This document shows, piece after piece, positions 20,851 to 29,485 of a stretch of DNA of 64,000 nt. The stretch is from a bacterium (GTDB lineage: Bacteria; Zhuqueibacterota; Zhuqueibacteria; Residuimicrobiales; Krinioviventaceae): contig CAXXMD010000002.1 of NCBI GenBank assembly GCA_963675755.2, positions 288,001 to 352,000 on the forward strand. The letters run 5' to 3'. The position numbers were made by a program, and so were the translations under genes. The notes under the pieces were generated by a model. The model was not told the origin of the DNA, ran no database searches, and was given only the letters and a program-made list of their open reading frames with translations. Position 1 is the stretch's first letter. Every line of letters begins with the position of its first letter.

Positions 20851-20884
20851 TATGCATGTACAATAAATTGTTTTAGGTGAGATC

Positions 20885-22090
20885 ATGGTTGCAGATACAG
20901 AAAAAATTATTACATATTCATTGAAAAATAGTAATGATTCTTCTGATACTTTTTATAAAGAGCTTTCTAGTTTTACTACCAGGTTTGAAATCTATTTTGA
21001 TGAAAAACTGGGTCCTGTGCTTGATAATTATACAAGTTTTATCAATTTCAATCATATCGAGTTATTACGTGATCGTCGTGAATACATGTTTGACTGGCTT
21101 GCTTTTGGTGTATTGTGGCGTCTATATATATCAACTGCGGTGGGAGTAAGTCCAGTTTCAACCCGTTTATTGACGGAGCTTTATTTCCTCAGAAGAAATT
21201 ACCGGAAATTTAAACCTGCTATTGATCGGGTACGTGGTATTTTATCAACCTTGTTGTTGGAAACCAATAATAACAGACATTTTTCCAACATTCCTTTAAA
21301 GATTGCAACTGTTACCAAGTTTTTAAATTATTTAGACGCTACCGGCGAGTTTCGTGAAGAAGTAAAGCGGTTCAAGATTATCTTACAATTTTTTAAACAT
21401 ATTGGTCCTGATAAAACGGAATCCATTATTGAAAAGACGATTGAATTTTCAGGCTGGTTCAAAGATGTTGCCAAACAGGAATTCAAAGACTATACACCTT
21501 TTGTTGAATCTTTTATAGCAAATCAGGCCAAATCACATCGTTGGAAAGAAGATTATTTGTTTTGTAATCGCGGTGAAACAGAATATTATTTGAATATGGT
21601 GGGAAGCGAATTGATGAACCGTGCATTTGTTTCAAATTTTCACCAGACTCAAAGAAAAGCTGTTCTTTTACCTGCATGTATGCGAAAACATGCAAATGAT
21701 GGTCAATGCAAAGCAAAACGAATCAGTTTGGATTTTGTATGTACCGGCTGTGATAAGTCTTGCAAAATTAATCAATATACACAATTGGGAAAAGAACACG
21801 ATTTTGATGTACATATAATCCCGCATTCATCTGATTTTACGGCCTGGCTTGAGAACTTTGCAAAAGACCGGCAGGTAGGTGTTGTTGGTGTAGCATGTTT
21901 GTTAAATTTAATTACCGGTGGTTTGGAACTGAAATCCTTGAACATTCCCGCTCAATGCGTTTTCCTTGATAATTGCGGCTGTACAAATCATTGGCATGAG
22001 ACCGGTGTGGCTACGGATATCAATCCTCTGCAATTGTTAAAAGTTCTTGATGCTCCAAGCAGTATTCGGAAGCATGCGGCAGTTGCGTAA
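20885..22090 (+). CDS. DUF116 domain protein with long N-terminal helical extension
   Basis: LLPACMR, C..CTGC..SC, VGVACL and C..L..CGC motifs in the C-terminal half. Confidence 0.75.
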   Translation: MVADTEKIITYSLKNSNDSSDTFYKELSSFTTRFEIYFDEKLGPVLDNYTSFINFNHIELLRDRREYMFDWLAFGVLWRLYISTAVGVSPVSTRLLTELYFLRRNYRKFKPAIDRVRGILSTLLLETNNNRHFSNIPLKIATVTKFLNYLDATGEFREEVKRFKIILQFFKHIGPDKTESIIEKTIEFSGWFKDVAKQEFKDYTPFVESFIANQAKSHRWKEDYLFCNRGETEYYLNMVGSELMNRAFVSNFHQTQRKAVLLPACMRKHANDGQCKAKRISLDFVCTGCDKSCKINQYTQLGKEHDFDVHIIPHSSDFTAWLENFAKDRQVGVVGVACLLNLITGGLELKSLNIPAQCVFLDNCGCTNHWHETGVATDINPLQLLKVLDAPSSIRKHAAVA

Positions 22091-22263
22091 ACGTATTTAT
22101 TACCTGAATAATTATCTTCTCTAATTATCATTCCATTAAAAATTTCTATTTCCTTTTAGAATCTTTCCAAATCTAGTTTTTTATTTGCTTTATTGCTATT
22201 AATTTGCTTTATTCGAATACATTGTATTAAACTTTTTCAATATTTATGATTATGGAGCATTGT

Positions 22264-23286
22264 ATGCGAAATTTTGTCAAAGTAAATGTTCTTATCTTGA
22301 TTTTTGTATCTTTATTGTTTGCACAAACTGATTTCAATATTTCCAACGTTGAAGCCGTGCATTTGACAGAATATCAACTCAAACGGATTGATAAAAAAAT
22401 AGATTTGTTCGCAACAGATGTCAGTCGTGGTTCATTTGATCAGGATCCCGCGCTTGTTGTTATAGGGTATGATGGCGCAGATGGATTTCGAGCAGTTATT
22501 AACGCCCGGACAGCCAGAGTCATGGAAATTTATAAAAACGGAACTGCTATCTATACCTGGCCCGGAATCAAAGTTGTTGGGCATCGGGGCAATGTCAAGC
22601 ACACACCTGAAAACACAATTCCTGCTTTTGAAAAAGCTATCGAGTTGGGGGTAGATTTAATTGAAATGGATGTTCGCCAGACAAAGGATGGAGAGTTGGT
22701 AATTCTTCATGATATTACTGTAAACCGCACCACTGATGGACATGGAAATGTGTTTGATATGACCTTGTCTGAAATCAAGAAACTGGATGCCGGATCCTGG
22801 TTTGGTGATGAATTTAAAGGTACACGTATACCTACACTCAAAGAAGCTTTGGATGCTTTAAGAGGCAAGGCTCTTCCGGATATTGATTTTAAAGGCGGTG
22901 ATCCAAAAAAGCTGGTTGATGTATTACGTAAAGAAGGTTTGTTAGGCAAAATAACCATGTATTGCGGCAACTGGAATTTGATGCAGGAAACATTACAAAT
23001 TGATAGTGGTTTTATGGTGCGTCCTTCTGTACCCGTGGGTTTTGCTGGTTTGCCAATTGTGTTGGACAAAGTAAATCCTCCTATTGTCAATATTGACTGG
23101 ATGCAGTTCTCGGAACGATTGGTAAGAGATGTTCATTTGAGTGGAAGAGCTTCTTTTGTCAATTCCATGTCTCATGATAATGCGTTTGGTATTCGTGAAA
23201 TGGTAAACACCATGCCAGATTATATTCAAACAGATGAAATGGAAATATTAATGCCCTTGTTGCGGGCCAAAGGATATCATAAATAA
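22264..23286 (+). CDS. Secreted glycerophosphodiester phosphodiesterase family protein
   Basis: Signal peptide; GHRG..PENT, EMDV..TKDG..VILHD, IPTL.E, IQTD. Confidence 0.9.
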   Translation: MRNFVKVNVLILIFVSLLFAQTDFNISNVEAVHLTEYQLKRIDKKIDLFATDVSRGSFDQDPALVVIGYDGADGFRAVINARTARVMEIYKNGTAIYTWPGIKVVGHRGNVKHTPENTIPAFEKAIELGVDLIEMDVRQTKDGELVILHDITVNRTTDGHGNVFDMTLSEIKKLDAGSWFGDEFKGTRIPTLKEALDALRGKALPDIDFKGGDPKKLVDVLRKEGLLGKITMYCGNWNLMQETLQIDSGFMVRPSVPVGFAGLPIVLDKVNPPIVNIDWMQFSERLVRDVHLSGRASFVNSMSHDNAFGIREMVNTMPDYIQTDEMEILMPLLRAKGYHK

Positions 23287-23307
23287 ATGGAAGAGTGGAG
23301 CAACGTT

Positions 23308-25110
23308 ATGAAAAAGATTTCTATGATGATCATTTTTTTATTAGCAGGATTAACTGTTATGGGTTTTTCTCAAATAGAGTTTCATGGTGAATTTGCAAAA
23401 CGTATTAAACTTGTTGAAAAACGCCTGAATAATGATTCTCCATATGATCTCGATCTGGTAGTGCAGGATGTTGCACGAATTCCTGAAAACAAGCGCAGAT
23501 TTGAAGAATACGAGGGGGATGTTTCTGGACGAATTTTAGGTGCCTGGAGCAGCATGGCACGTATATCAGGTGAACGTCCGGCAAAGCTGGATTCTATTGC
23601 AGAACGTGTTTTAAAATACCAACATCCTGAAGGCTATTTTGGTACCAATCAAAAGACGATTGGTTGGGACTATTGGGGAAGGCAGCTTTTTGGACATGGT
23701 CGTTTATTACTTGGACTTGTTGAATATTACAAGCTTTCTGGTGATGAACGGTTTTTAGAATCTGCTAAAAAATTGGGCGCCTATCTTGTAGAATCTGTAC
23801 CGGAACTGACAACTACACACGAAGGTAATCCGTGGACCGATACCCGGCGCACAGTTGATTGGAAAAACTCTGATTCAAATCGTCGACACTTTGTCAAGAC
23901 TCACCAAACCAGTATTCTTGAAGGACTGGTTTCGTTATACAAAATTGCCCCTGATCCTGATCTGTTAAAAACAGCTGAATATATTGTATCATTGTTCCCC
24001 GAGTTTGGTACCTATCATTCCCATTCATATATGAATACCATGGTGGGTATGGTAATGCTTTATCAGGTAAATCAGGACCAGGCATTACTACATAATATAT
24101 TGGAAATCTATTGGCAAAAGATACTGCCAAAGGGAATACGGATGGATGGTGCGGTATGCGAGTTTTTTCCTGATGATGAACGTACCGAAGGTTGTTCTTT
24201 GACAGACTGGGTACGGTTGAATTTATACTTATGGGATGTTACTCATGAAGCGGTATATCTGGACCAGGTGGAACAATGCTGGCTGAATTCACTATACTAT
24301 CATCAAACGGCTAATGGCGCGTTTGGTCATGCTTTTCTTACTCATGAAGGCTATGGCGATCGATACTCGGAATCCTGGTGGTGTTGTTTGATGCATGGCT
24401 TATATGCGTTTGCTGATATAGCAGAACGATGTGTTGTGCAAGATGATGAGACGCTGTTTATTAATTTCTATACATCGTTAGATTTCAAACCTTCTGATAA
24501 AGAAAAGGGTACAATAAAAATAGAAACTGACTATCCAGAAAAAGGAAAGGTCAAGATTGTATTACCGTCAATAGCGAAAAACCTGTCTGTTTGTAAAGTT
24601 CGTATTCCTGACTGGGTTGAAGATTATACTATTTCAGTGAATGGCAAAGTTGTTGAAGCTAATAGAGATAACGGTTACCTGATTTTGAATAATGCATGGA
24701 ACGATAGTGATATCGTTGAATTGTCATTTGAAAATGGACTGCGTTTTGTTGATGGTGCCGGGAATAACATCCAGGACCGGCGGTCGATTGATGAGATAAC
24801 AGATCCTGTTTACTTTTTTCATGGCCCCATGTTATTAATGGTTGATAATAGCCAAAACAATCAATTCCCCAATACTATCAATTTGGATATAAAGAAAGCA
24901 TATACTGAACATAAAAACCACGAGTCACAGTACACATTCCCTGCAGTGAACAAGAGTGGGAAATTTAATGTTGTAATGGTACCCTTGAAAGATGAAACCT
25001 GGAACGACGAATGGACCGAAAAGTGGAAGAATTTCATTCGGAATGGTGAAACCCCTATTGAAAGACATGATATTAAAATTAAACAAAAGATTAGAGCTGT
25101 CAAGGAGTAA
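23308..25110 (+). CDS. GH127/GH146-like beta-L-arabinofuranosidase domain protein
   Basis: Signal peptide; HSH, EGC, WWCC motifs (Zn/Cys nucleophile site); TDYP..G, RIPDW beta-sandwich. Confidence 0.8.
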   Translation: MKKISMMIIFLLAGLTVMGFSQIEFHGEFAKRIKLVEKRLNNDSPYDLDLVVQDVARIPENKRRFEEYEGDVSGRILGAWSSMARISGERPAKLDSIAERVLKYQHPEGYFGTNQKTIGWDYWGRQLFGHGRLLLGLVEYYKLSGDERFLESAKKLGAYLVESVPELTTTHEGNPWTDTRRTVDWKNSDSNRRHFVKTHQTSILEGLVSLYKIAPDPDLLKTAEYIVSLFPEFGTYHSHSYMNTMVGMVMLYQVNQDQALLHNILEIYWQKILPKGIRMDGAVCEFFPDDERTEGCSLTDWVRLNLYLWDVTHEAVYLDQVEQCWLNSLYYHQTANGAFGHAFLTHEGYGDRYSESWWCCLMHGLYAFADIAERCVVQDDETLFINFYTSLDFKPSDKEKGTIKIETDYPEKGKVKIVLPSIAKNLSVCKVRIPDWVEDYTISVNGKVVEANRDNGYLILNNAWNDSDIVELSFENGLRFVDGAGNNIQDRRSIDEITDPVYFFHGPMLLMVDNSQNNQFPNTINLDIKKAYTEHKNHESQYTFPAVNKSGKFNVVMVPLKDETWNDEWTEKWKNFIRNGETPIERHDIKIKQKIRAVKE

Positions 25111-25114
25111 TAAA

Positions 25115-25501
25115 ATGACCAAGTCAGAAATTGGTAAAATTGGCTGGATAGATCTTACAGTTAAAAATGCAGATAAAATAAAGGATTTTTACCATGCTGT
25201 TACGGGATGGGAAGCCACTGGCTACCCTATGGATGGGTATGAAGATTTTGTAATGAAAATGCCAGAAACTGGTGATGCAGTTGCAGGAATTTGCCATCCC
25301 ATGGGTTCCAATTCCGGGCTACCCCCTGTGTGGATTATTTATATTCATGTTGAAAATTTAGAAAAAAGCATTGAAACCTGCCGCGAAATGGGAGGGGCGA
25401 CATTATCTGATATTAAAAAGATGGGTGACGAGGGACGCTATTGCTTTATTAAAGATCCTGCCGGTACCGTATCCGCATTATACCAGTCAAATAACAAATA
25501 G
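25115..25501 (+). CDS. VOC/glyoxalase family protein
   Basis: IGWIDL, FY..VTGW, W..YI.V, IKDPAG. Confidence 0.9.
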   Translation: MTKSEIGKIGWIDLTVKNADKIKDFYHAVTGWEATGYPMDGYEDFVMKMPETGDAVAGICHPMGSNSGLPPVWIIYIHVENLEKSIETCREMGGATLSDIKKMGDEGRYCFIKDPAGTVSALYQSNNK

Positions 25502-25638
25502 GATGCTTGCTGTATTTTACGGCATTTAACTGTTTTCTTATTTCATGTTGAAACAACATAACTTTTAAAACATACAATTTTAAGAAATGTTTTGGTTGTG
25601 GAAACTGTTATTTTTCCCTTATACAGGAGGATACAGTT

Positions 25639-26586
25639 ATGAAAACAAAAAATATCTTGAAATTCGTTGTTTTAGCAATTTGGATTGGAATTGTGGGCTT
25701 GAATGTGCATTTTTCAAATGCAAAGGAAGATAACATGAAATATAACAAACTTACACCGGAAGAAGAACGTGTTATAATTAATAAAGGAACTGAAAGGCCC
25801 TATACAGGACAGTATTACAAGTTTGAAGAAAATGGTACCTATACATGTAAGCGTTGTGACGCACCTTTGTACAAATCTTCAGACAAGTTTGACGCCCATT
25901 GCGGTTGGCCCAGTTTTGATGATGAAATTGAAGGTGCCGTTAAACGCCAAACAGATGCTGACGGACATCGGACTGAAATATTGTGTGCCAATTGTGGAGC
26001 GCATTTGGGGCATGTTTTTACCGGTGAACAGTTTACAATAAAAAATACTCGCCATTGCGTGAATTCCATATCATTGAATTTTGTACCCGCAGGAGAAATG
26101 ATGCAAACACAAAATGCCTATTTTGCAGGTGGATGTTTTTGGGGAACGGAATACTATTTCCAGCAAGCCAAAGGAGTAAAGAGTACGACTGTAGGTTATA
26201 TGGGCGGCGATAAAGATGATCCCACTTATAAACAAGTATGCAGTGGTACTACCGGTCATGCTGAAGTTGTCAAGGTAGAGTTTGATCCGAAACAAACTGA
26301 TTTTGAAACCCTGGCAAAATTGTTTTTCGAGATCCATGATCCTACTCAGGTAGACCGTCAAGGTCCCGATATTGGTGAACAGTATCGTTCTGCTATTTTT
26401 TATACCAGCGAGGATCAGAAAAAGACTTCAGAAAAGTTGATTGATGTTTTAAAGGATAAGGGTTACAAAGTGGCTACAGAGCTGGTAAAAGCTGATGATT
26501 TTTGGGATGCTGAGGACTATCATCAGGATTATTACCAGCACAATGGTAAAGAACCTTATTGTCATTTTTATACCAAGCGGTTTTAA
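25639..26586 (+). CDS. msrAB: Bifunctional methionine sulfoxide reductase MsrB-MsrA with N-terminal signal sequence
   Basis: GTERP, CGWPSF, HLGHVF, RHCVNS (MsrB); AGGCFWG, GHAE, HDPT, AEDYHQDY (MsrA). Confidence 0.95.
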   Translation: MKTKNILKFVVLAIWIGIVGLNVHFSNAKEDNMKYNKLTPEEERVIINKGTERPYTGQYYKFEENGTYTCKRCDAPLYKSSDKFDAHCGWPSFDDEIEGAVKRQTDADGHRTEILCANCGAHLGHVFTGEQFTIKNTRHCVNSISLNFVPAGEMMQTQNAYFAGGCFWGTEYYFQQAKGVKSTTVGYMGGDKDDPTYKQVCSGTTGHAEVVKVEFDPKQTDFETLAKLFFEIHDPTQVDRQGPDIGEQYRSAIFYTSEDQKKTSEKLIDVLKDKGYKVATELVKADDFWDAEDYHQDYYQHNGKEPYCHFYTKRF

Positions 26587-26617
26587 AAAAAGCGGGATTC
26601 ATTCCCGCTTTTTTTTT
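26585..26617 (+). terminator. Terminator after msrAB
   Basis: AAAAAAAGCGGGA-ttcat-TCCCGCTTTTTTT. Confidence 0.8.
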
Positions 26618-26710
26618 GCAACTAATTATATCTGGTAATCTATTAAATTTATGATTCTGTTTAAGAGGCACCGGGATGACTAGGGCATCCCGGTGTTTGA
26701 TGGGGGGCAT

Positions 26711-27754
26711 TTATTTCAAGAGAGACAGTTTGTTTACAATCTTTTGACTACCTGTATTGATTTCATAAAAGTACATTCCGCTTGACATATGTTGACCATA
26801 CCGATTGGTTCCATTCCAATTTTGACTGTGGATGCCTTCACCAAGGTATCCCATGTCATAATCCATTACCAATTGTCCACGAATGTTATATATTTTCAAA
26901 GTTACATTTGCTGGTTCTTCAAGAGAAAACTGTATTGTTGTTCCTGGATTAGCAGGATTAGGATAATTTGAAGCTTTGAATGTTGAATTACTGGTTTCAA
27001 TGCTACCCTGCTGATTTGCCGGATTAGTACAATTTATATTTTTTTTTCCTAAACCTTTTCCGCGTCCTTGTCCATTGCCGCCACGTTCAATAGCAGATTC
27101 AATAATTTCAGTAAATTCTTCTACTGAAATATATTGTGGTTCATATGTTAAATCCTGTGCAGAATAAAGATTATTAAAGGCACGCATATGGTTTCTTGAA
27201 CCTTTTAAGAGATTGGTATAAACCAGGGTAATATCCTGATTGTCTGTACGTTCCAGTGTTTCATGCAGATCATAGATATCCAGATCTTCAATGGTCAAGC
27301 CAACATACAATGCTTCAATCAGAGATTGACTTCCTGATTCTACTAAGCTGTTATAGATTGCCTGAAGATCTGCATTGCTGAATTTCCCTGTTTCTTCCTG
27401 AAAAGGATCTTCAAGTTCGTATTTATCGATTAAAAGTTTCACCATATCAGTATGCTGCTGCTCACTTTTAGCGATGTTTGTGAAAACAGCAGTTTGCCAT
27501 TTTTCATATAAAACCTGGTAAACGTCATGTGCAAGTTTTTCTTCTTCACGCATATGAAGTAAATCGTTAATTTCGGCTTCTGATAAATCTTCGAAAGGAA
27601 GGTCTGCTAAAATAGCAGAAGCATTAATACCACCGGTATTCCCTTTGTTACCGCGATTACCAAAATTTCCTCTTCCCTGAGCAAAGAGTGTTTGACTTGT
27701 AACGAATGTGACAATCAGCATTGCTGCAATTAATAATGTTTTAGAGTTTTTCAT
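26711..27754 (-). CDS. Secreted DUF2202 ferritin-like protein with C-terminal FlgD-Ig/T9SS-type sorting domain
   Basis: Signal peptide; MREEEKLAHDVY, SEQQH, IEDLDI.DL, GSRNHMRAF; C-terminal NYPNPANP...IYNIRGQLV...WNG...SGMYFY. Confidence 0.85.
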   Translation of the reverse strand: MKNSKTLLIAAMLIVTFVTSQTLFAQGRGNFGNRGNKGNTGGINASAILADLPFEDLSEAEINDLLHMREEEKLAHDVYQVLYEKWQTAVFTNIAKSEQQHTDMVKLLIDKYELEDPFQEETGKFSNADLQAIYNSLVESGSQSLIEALYVGLTIEDLDIYDLHETLERTDNQDITLVYTNLLKGSRNHMRAFNNLYSAQDLTYEPQYISVEEFTEIIESAIERGGNGQGRGKGLGKKNINCTNPANQQGSIETSNSTFKASNYPNPANPGTTIQFSLEEPANVTLKIYNIRGQLVMDYDMGYLGEGIHSQNWNGTNRYGQHMSSGMYFYEINTGSQKIVNKLSLLK

Positions 27755-27791
27755 GATGTTTCTCCTTTTTGTTAGATTTTACCCCTGCTTA

Positions 27792-27807
27792 TGCAAGGGG
27801 TGTGCCA
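27792..27807 (-). promoter_or_regulatory. Sigma54 (-24/-12) promoter for the DUF2202 gene
   Basis: Minus strand TGGCACACCCCTTGCA, exact GG-N10-GC, 38 nt upstream of the ATG. Confidence 0.85.
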
Positions 27808-27874
27808 TTTTATTTTATCTGTTCTAATCTCTTGTTTTTGGATAAGTTACGTAAATAGTCATGTTTTGTAAGAT

Positions 27875-27931
27875 TGAATGATTTCGACGACTCGGGCGAG
27901 AAATCTCGACAATTTGGTCGAAATCTCAAAC
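27875..27931. promoter_or_regulatory. Putative enhancer (bEBP) binding sites shared by divergent sigma54 promoters
   Basis: GATTTCGAC (27880) and GTCGAAATC (27917) are reverse complements, with the palindrome CGAGA-aa-TCTCG between them. GC-rich island in an AT-rich spacer. Confidence 0.55.
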
Positions 27932-27998
27932 TTGAGTATTTTGCTAAACTTACCATAACTATCTAATAAATAGTTACTTACTTCATTGGGTAATGTTT

Positions 27999-28014
27999 TG
28001 GCATAACAATTGAA
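27999..28014 (+). promoter_or_regulatory. Sigma54-like promoter for the Fe-S operon
   Basis: TGGCATAACAATTGAA (GG-N10-GA variant), about 63 nt upstream of the GTG start at 28077. Confidence 0.6.
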
Positions 28015-28076
28015 TAAGCAAAAGAAATTTCTATCAAGAGAGAATTAAAATTATAAAATTTTTTTTAGGAGGGACC

Positions 28077-28460
28077 GTGAAGACAAAATTCATGTTTTCT
28101 GCAATATTTGTTGCTATTGCTCTTTATTTTTCTACTGCGTCTGCGTGTGAAATTGAAGTTTCTGTAAAAGGAGAAAATGCAGCAATTTATAATCCCGGAC
28201 AAGTTGTTGTTTTGCAGGTCAAAGTTTTTCTAACTCACAAGGATTGTCCTGAAGGTATAAAATCAACAAAAATGAATCCATCTGGTATGACCTTGTTGGG
28301 TGCAACCAAATGGAAACAAATCTCAGATCTGGAATACATTCGTTTGGTTCAGGCAAAAATTGATTCTTCTGTAACCGAGGCAATTTTAAATGTTGGCCGC
28401 TCATGTGATAAAGAGGGTGGTATTGGTAAAATATTATTAAAAGTTGGGCAGGGTTCATAA
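28077..28460 (+). CDS. Small exported hypothetical protein with Cys/His motifs
   Basis: AGGAGG RBS; signal peptide ending ASA/C; THKDC and RSCDKEGG motifs; its stop codon overlaps the next ATG. Confidence 0.8.
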   Translation: MKTKFMFSAIFVAIALYFSTASACEIEVSVKGENAAIYNPGQVVVLQVKVFLTHKDCPEGIKSTKMNPSGMTLLGATKWKQISDLEYIRLVQAKIDSSVTEAILNVGRSCDKEGGIGKILLKVGQGS

Positions 28461-29485
28461 TGAGGAATATCATAATTATTGCTTTATTGTTCATTATTGG
28501 AATTTCCTTTTCCCAGGAAACAGATTCTACTGAATTGTCATTTGATGATTTTGGAGCTGAATTTGAATCCATTTCCGATTCTGAATTAGAAGACATTTCA
28601 ACATCTACTCATAGCTGTTCTACCATAGCAGGAATGCCAAAAGGATTGTACTATTCACTTATAGCATTATCAATGACTTTAATAGCTGGTATTTTTGTTA
28701 AATTTAAAGCTCTACGTAAATTCCGTTATCTTTTCCTTCTTTCATCATTGATTGTGTTTGGATTTTGGAATGGTGGCTGCCCTTGCTCAATTTCAAGTTT
28801 TCAAAATGTATTTTTAAAGATTTTTGGTGCCACCGTAAACTGGCACAGTCTTGTATGGTTTTTAGGTTTGATTCCCATTACCTATATATTCGGCAAAGTC
28901 TGGTGTGGTTGGGTTTGCCATTTGGGAGCCTTTCAGGAATTTTTATACAGAATAACAGATGTGAAAATTGTGAAATCTAAAGGTTTCCAAAAATCACTTA
29001 AAATTTTACAATATAGTGTTTTCGTAATTCTTGTGATTCAGTTATTTGTAACCAAAACCAATATTTTTATCCATTATGATCCATTCAAAGTTGCCTTTAA
29101 TATGATTTCTTTTCATACATCCGGCTGGGTATTACTGGGTATTTTACTTGTCAGTTCTTTATTTATCTATCGCCCTTTTTGTAAAGGATTTTGTCCTGTT
29201 GGTTTGGCATTGGGGTGGGTAGGCAAGATACCGGGTGCCCATAAACTCCAGATAGCCGGCAGTTGTACTAGCTGCAAATCCTGCATACGTCATTGTGATA
29301 TGCAGGCAATTTCGGATGATTATAAAGCTGACAGTCATAGCTGTATTTTATGCGGTGATTGTCTTGATTATTGTAAAAAAGAATCTATCAAAGTTACGCA
29401 TAAAGGATTACAGAATGAAAAAAATATTGATCTTGTTGTTCCTGATTTCAAGCTTGAAACCATCGATAGCGAGAGACTGTCATAG
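28460..29485 (+). CDS. NapH/MauN-like membrane 4Fe-4S binding protein
   Basis: Several TMs; GCPC, WCGWVCHLGAFQE, FCKGFCPVG, and two CxxCxxCxxxC motifs at the C-terminus. Confidence 0.88.
   Translation: MRNIIIIALLFIIGISFSQETDSTELSFDDFGAEFESISDSELEDISTSTHSCSTIAGMPKGLYYSLIALSMTLIAGIFVKFKALRKFRYLFLLSSLIVFGFWNGGCPCSISSFQNVFLKIFGATVNWHSLVWFLGLIPITYIFGKVWCGWVCHLGAFQEFLYRITDVKIVKSKGFQKSLKILQYSVFVILVIQLFVTKTNIFIHYDPFKVAFNMISFHTSGWVLLGILLVSSLFIYRPFCKGFCPVGLALGWVGKIPGAHKLQIAGSCTSCKSCIRHCDMQAISDDYKADSHSCILCGDCLDYCKKESIKVTHKGLQNEKNIDLVVPDFKLETIDSERLS

Noticed and set aside
27875-27931. Mini-CRISPR or MITE
   Set aside because: The repeats are only 9-14 bp, imperfect, and lack spacers or target duplications; operator sites explain them better.
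29415-29485. 71-nt overlap between the NapH-like gene and the barrel gene as a frameshift or pseudogene
   Set aside because: Both proteins look complete: the Fe-S motifs end before the overlap and the downstream gene has its own signal peptide.
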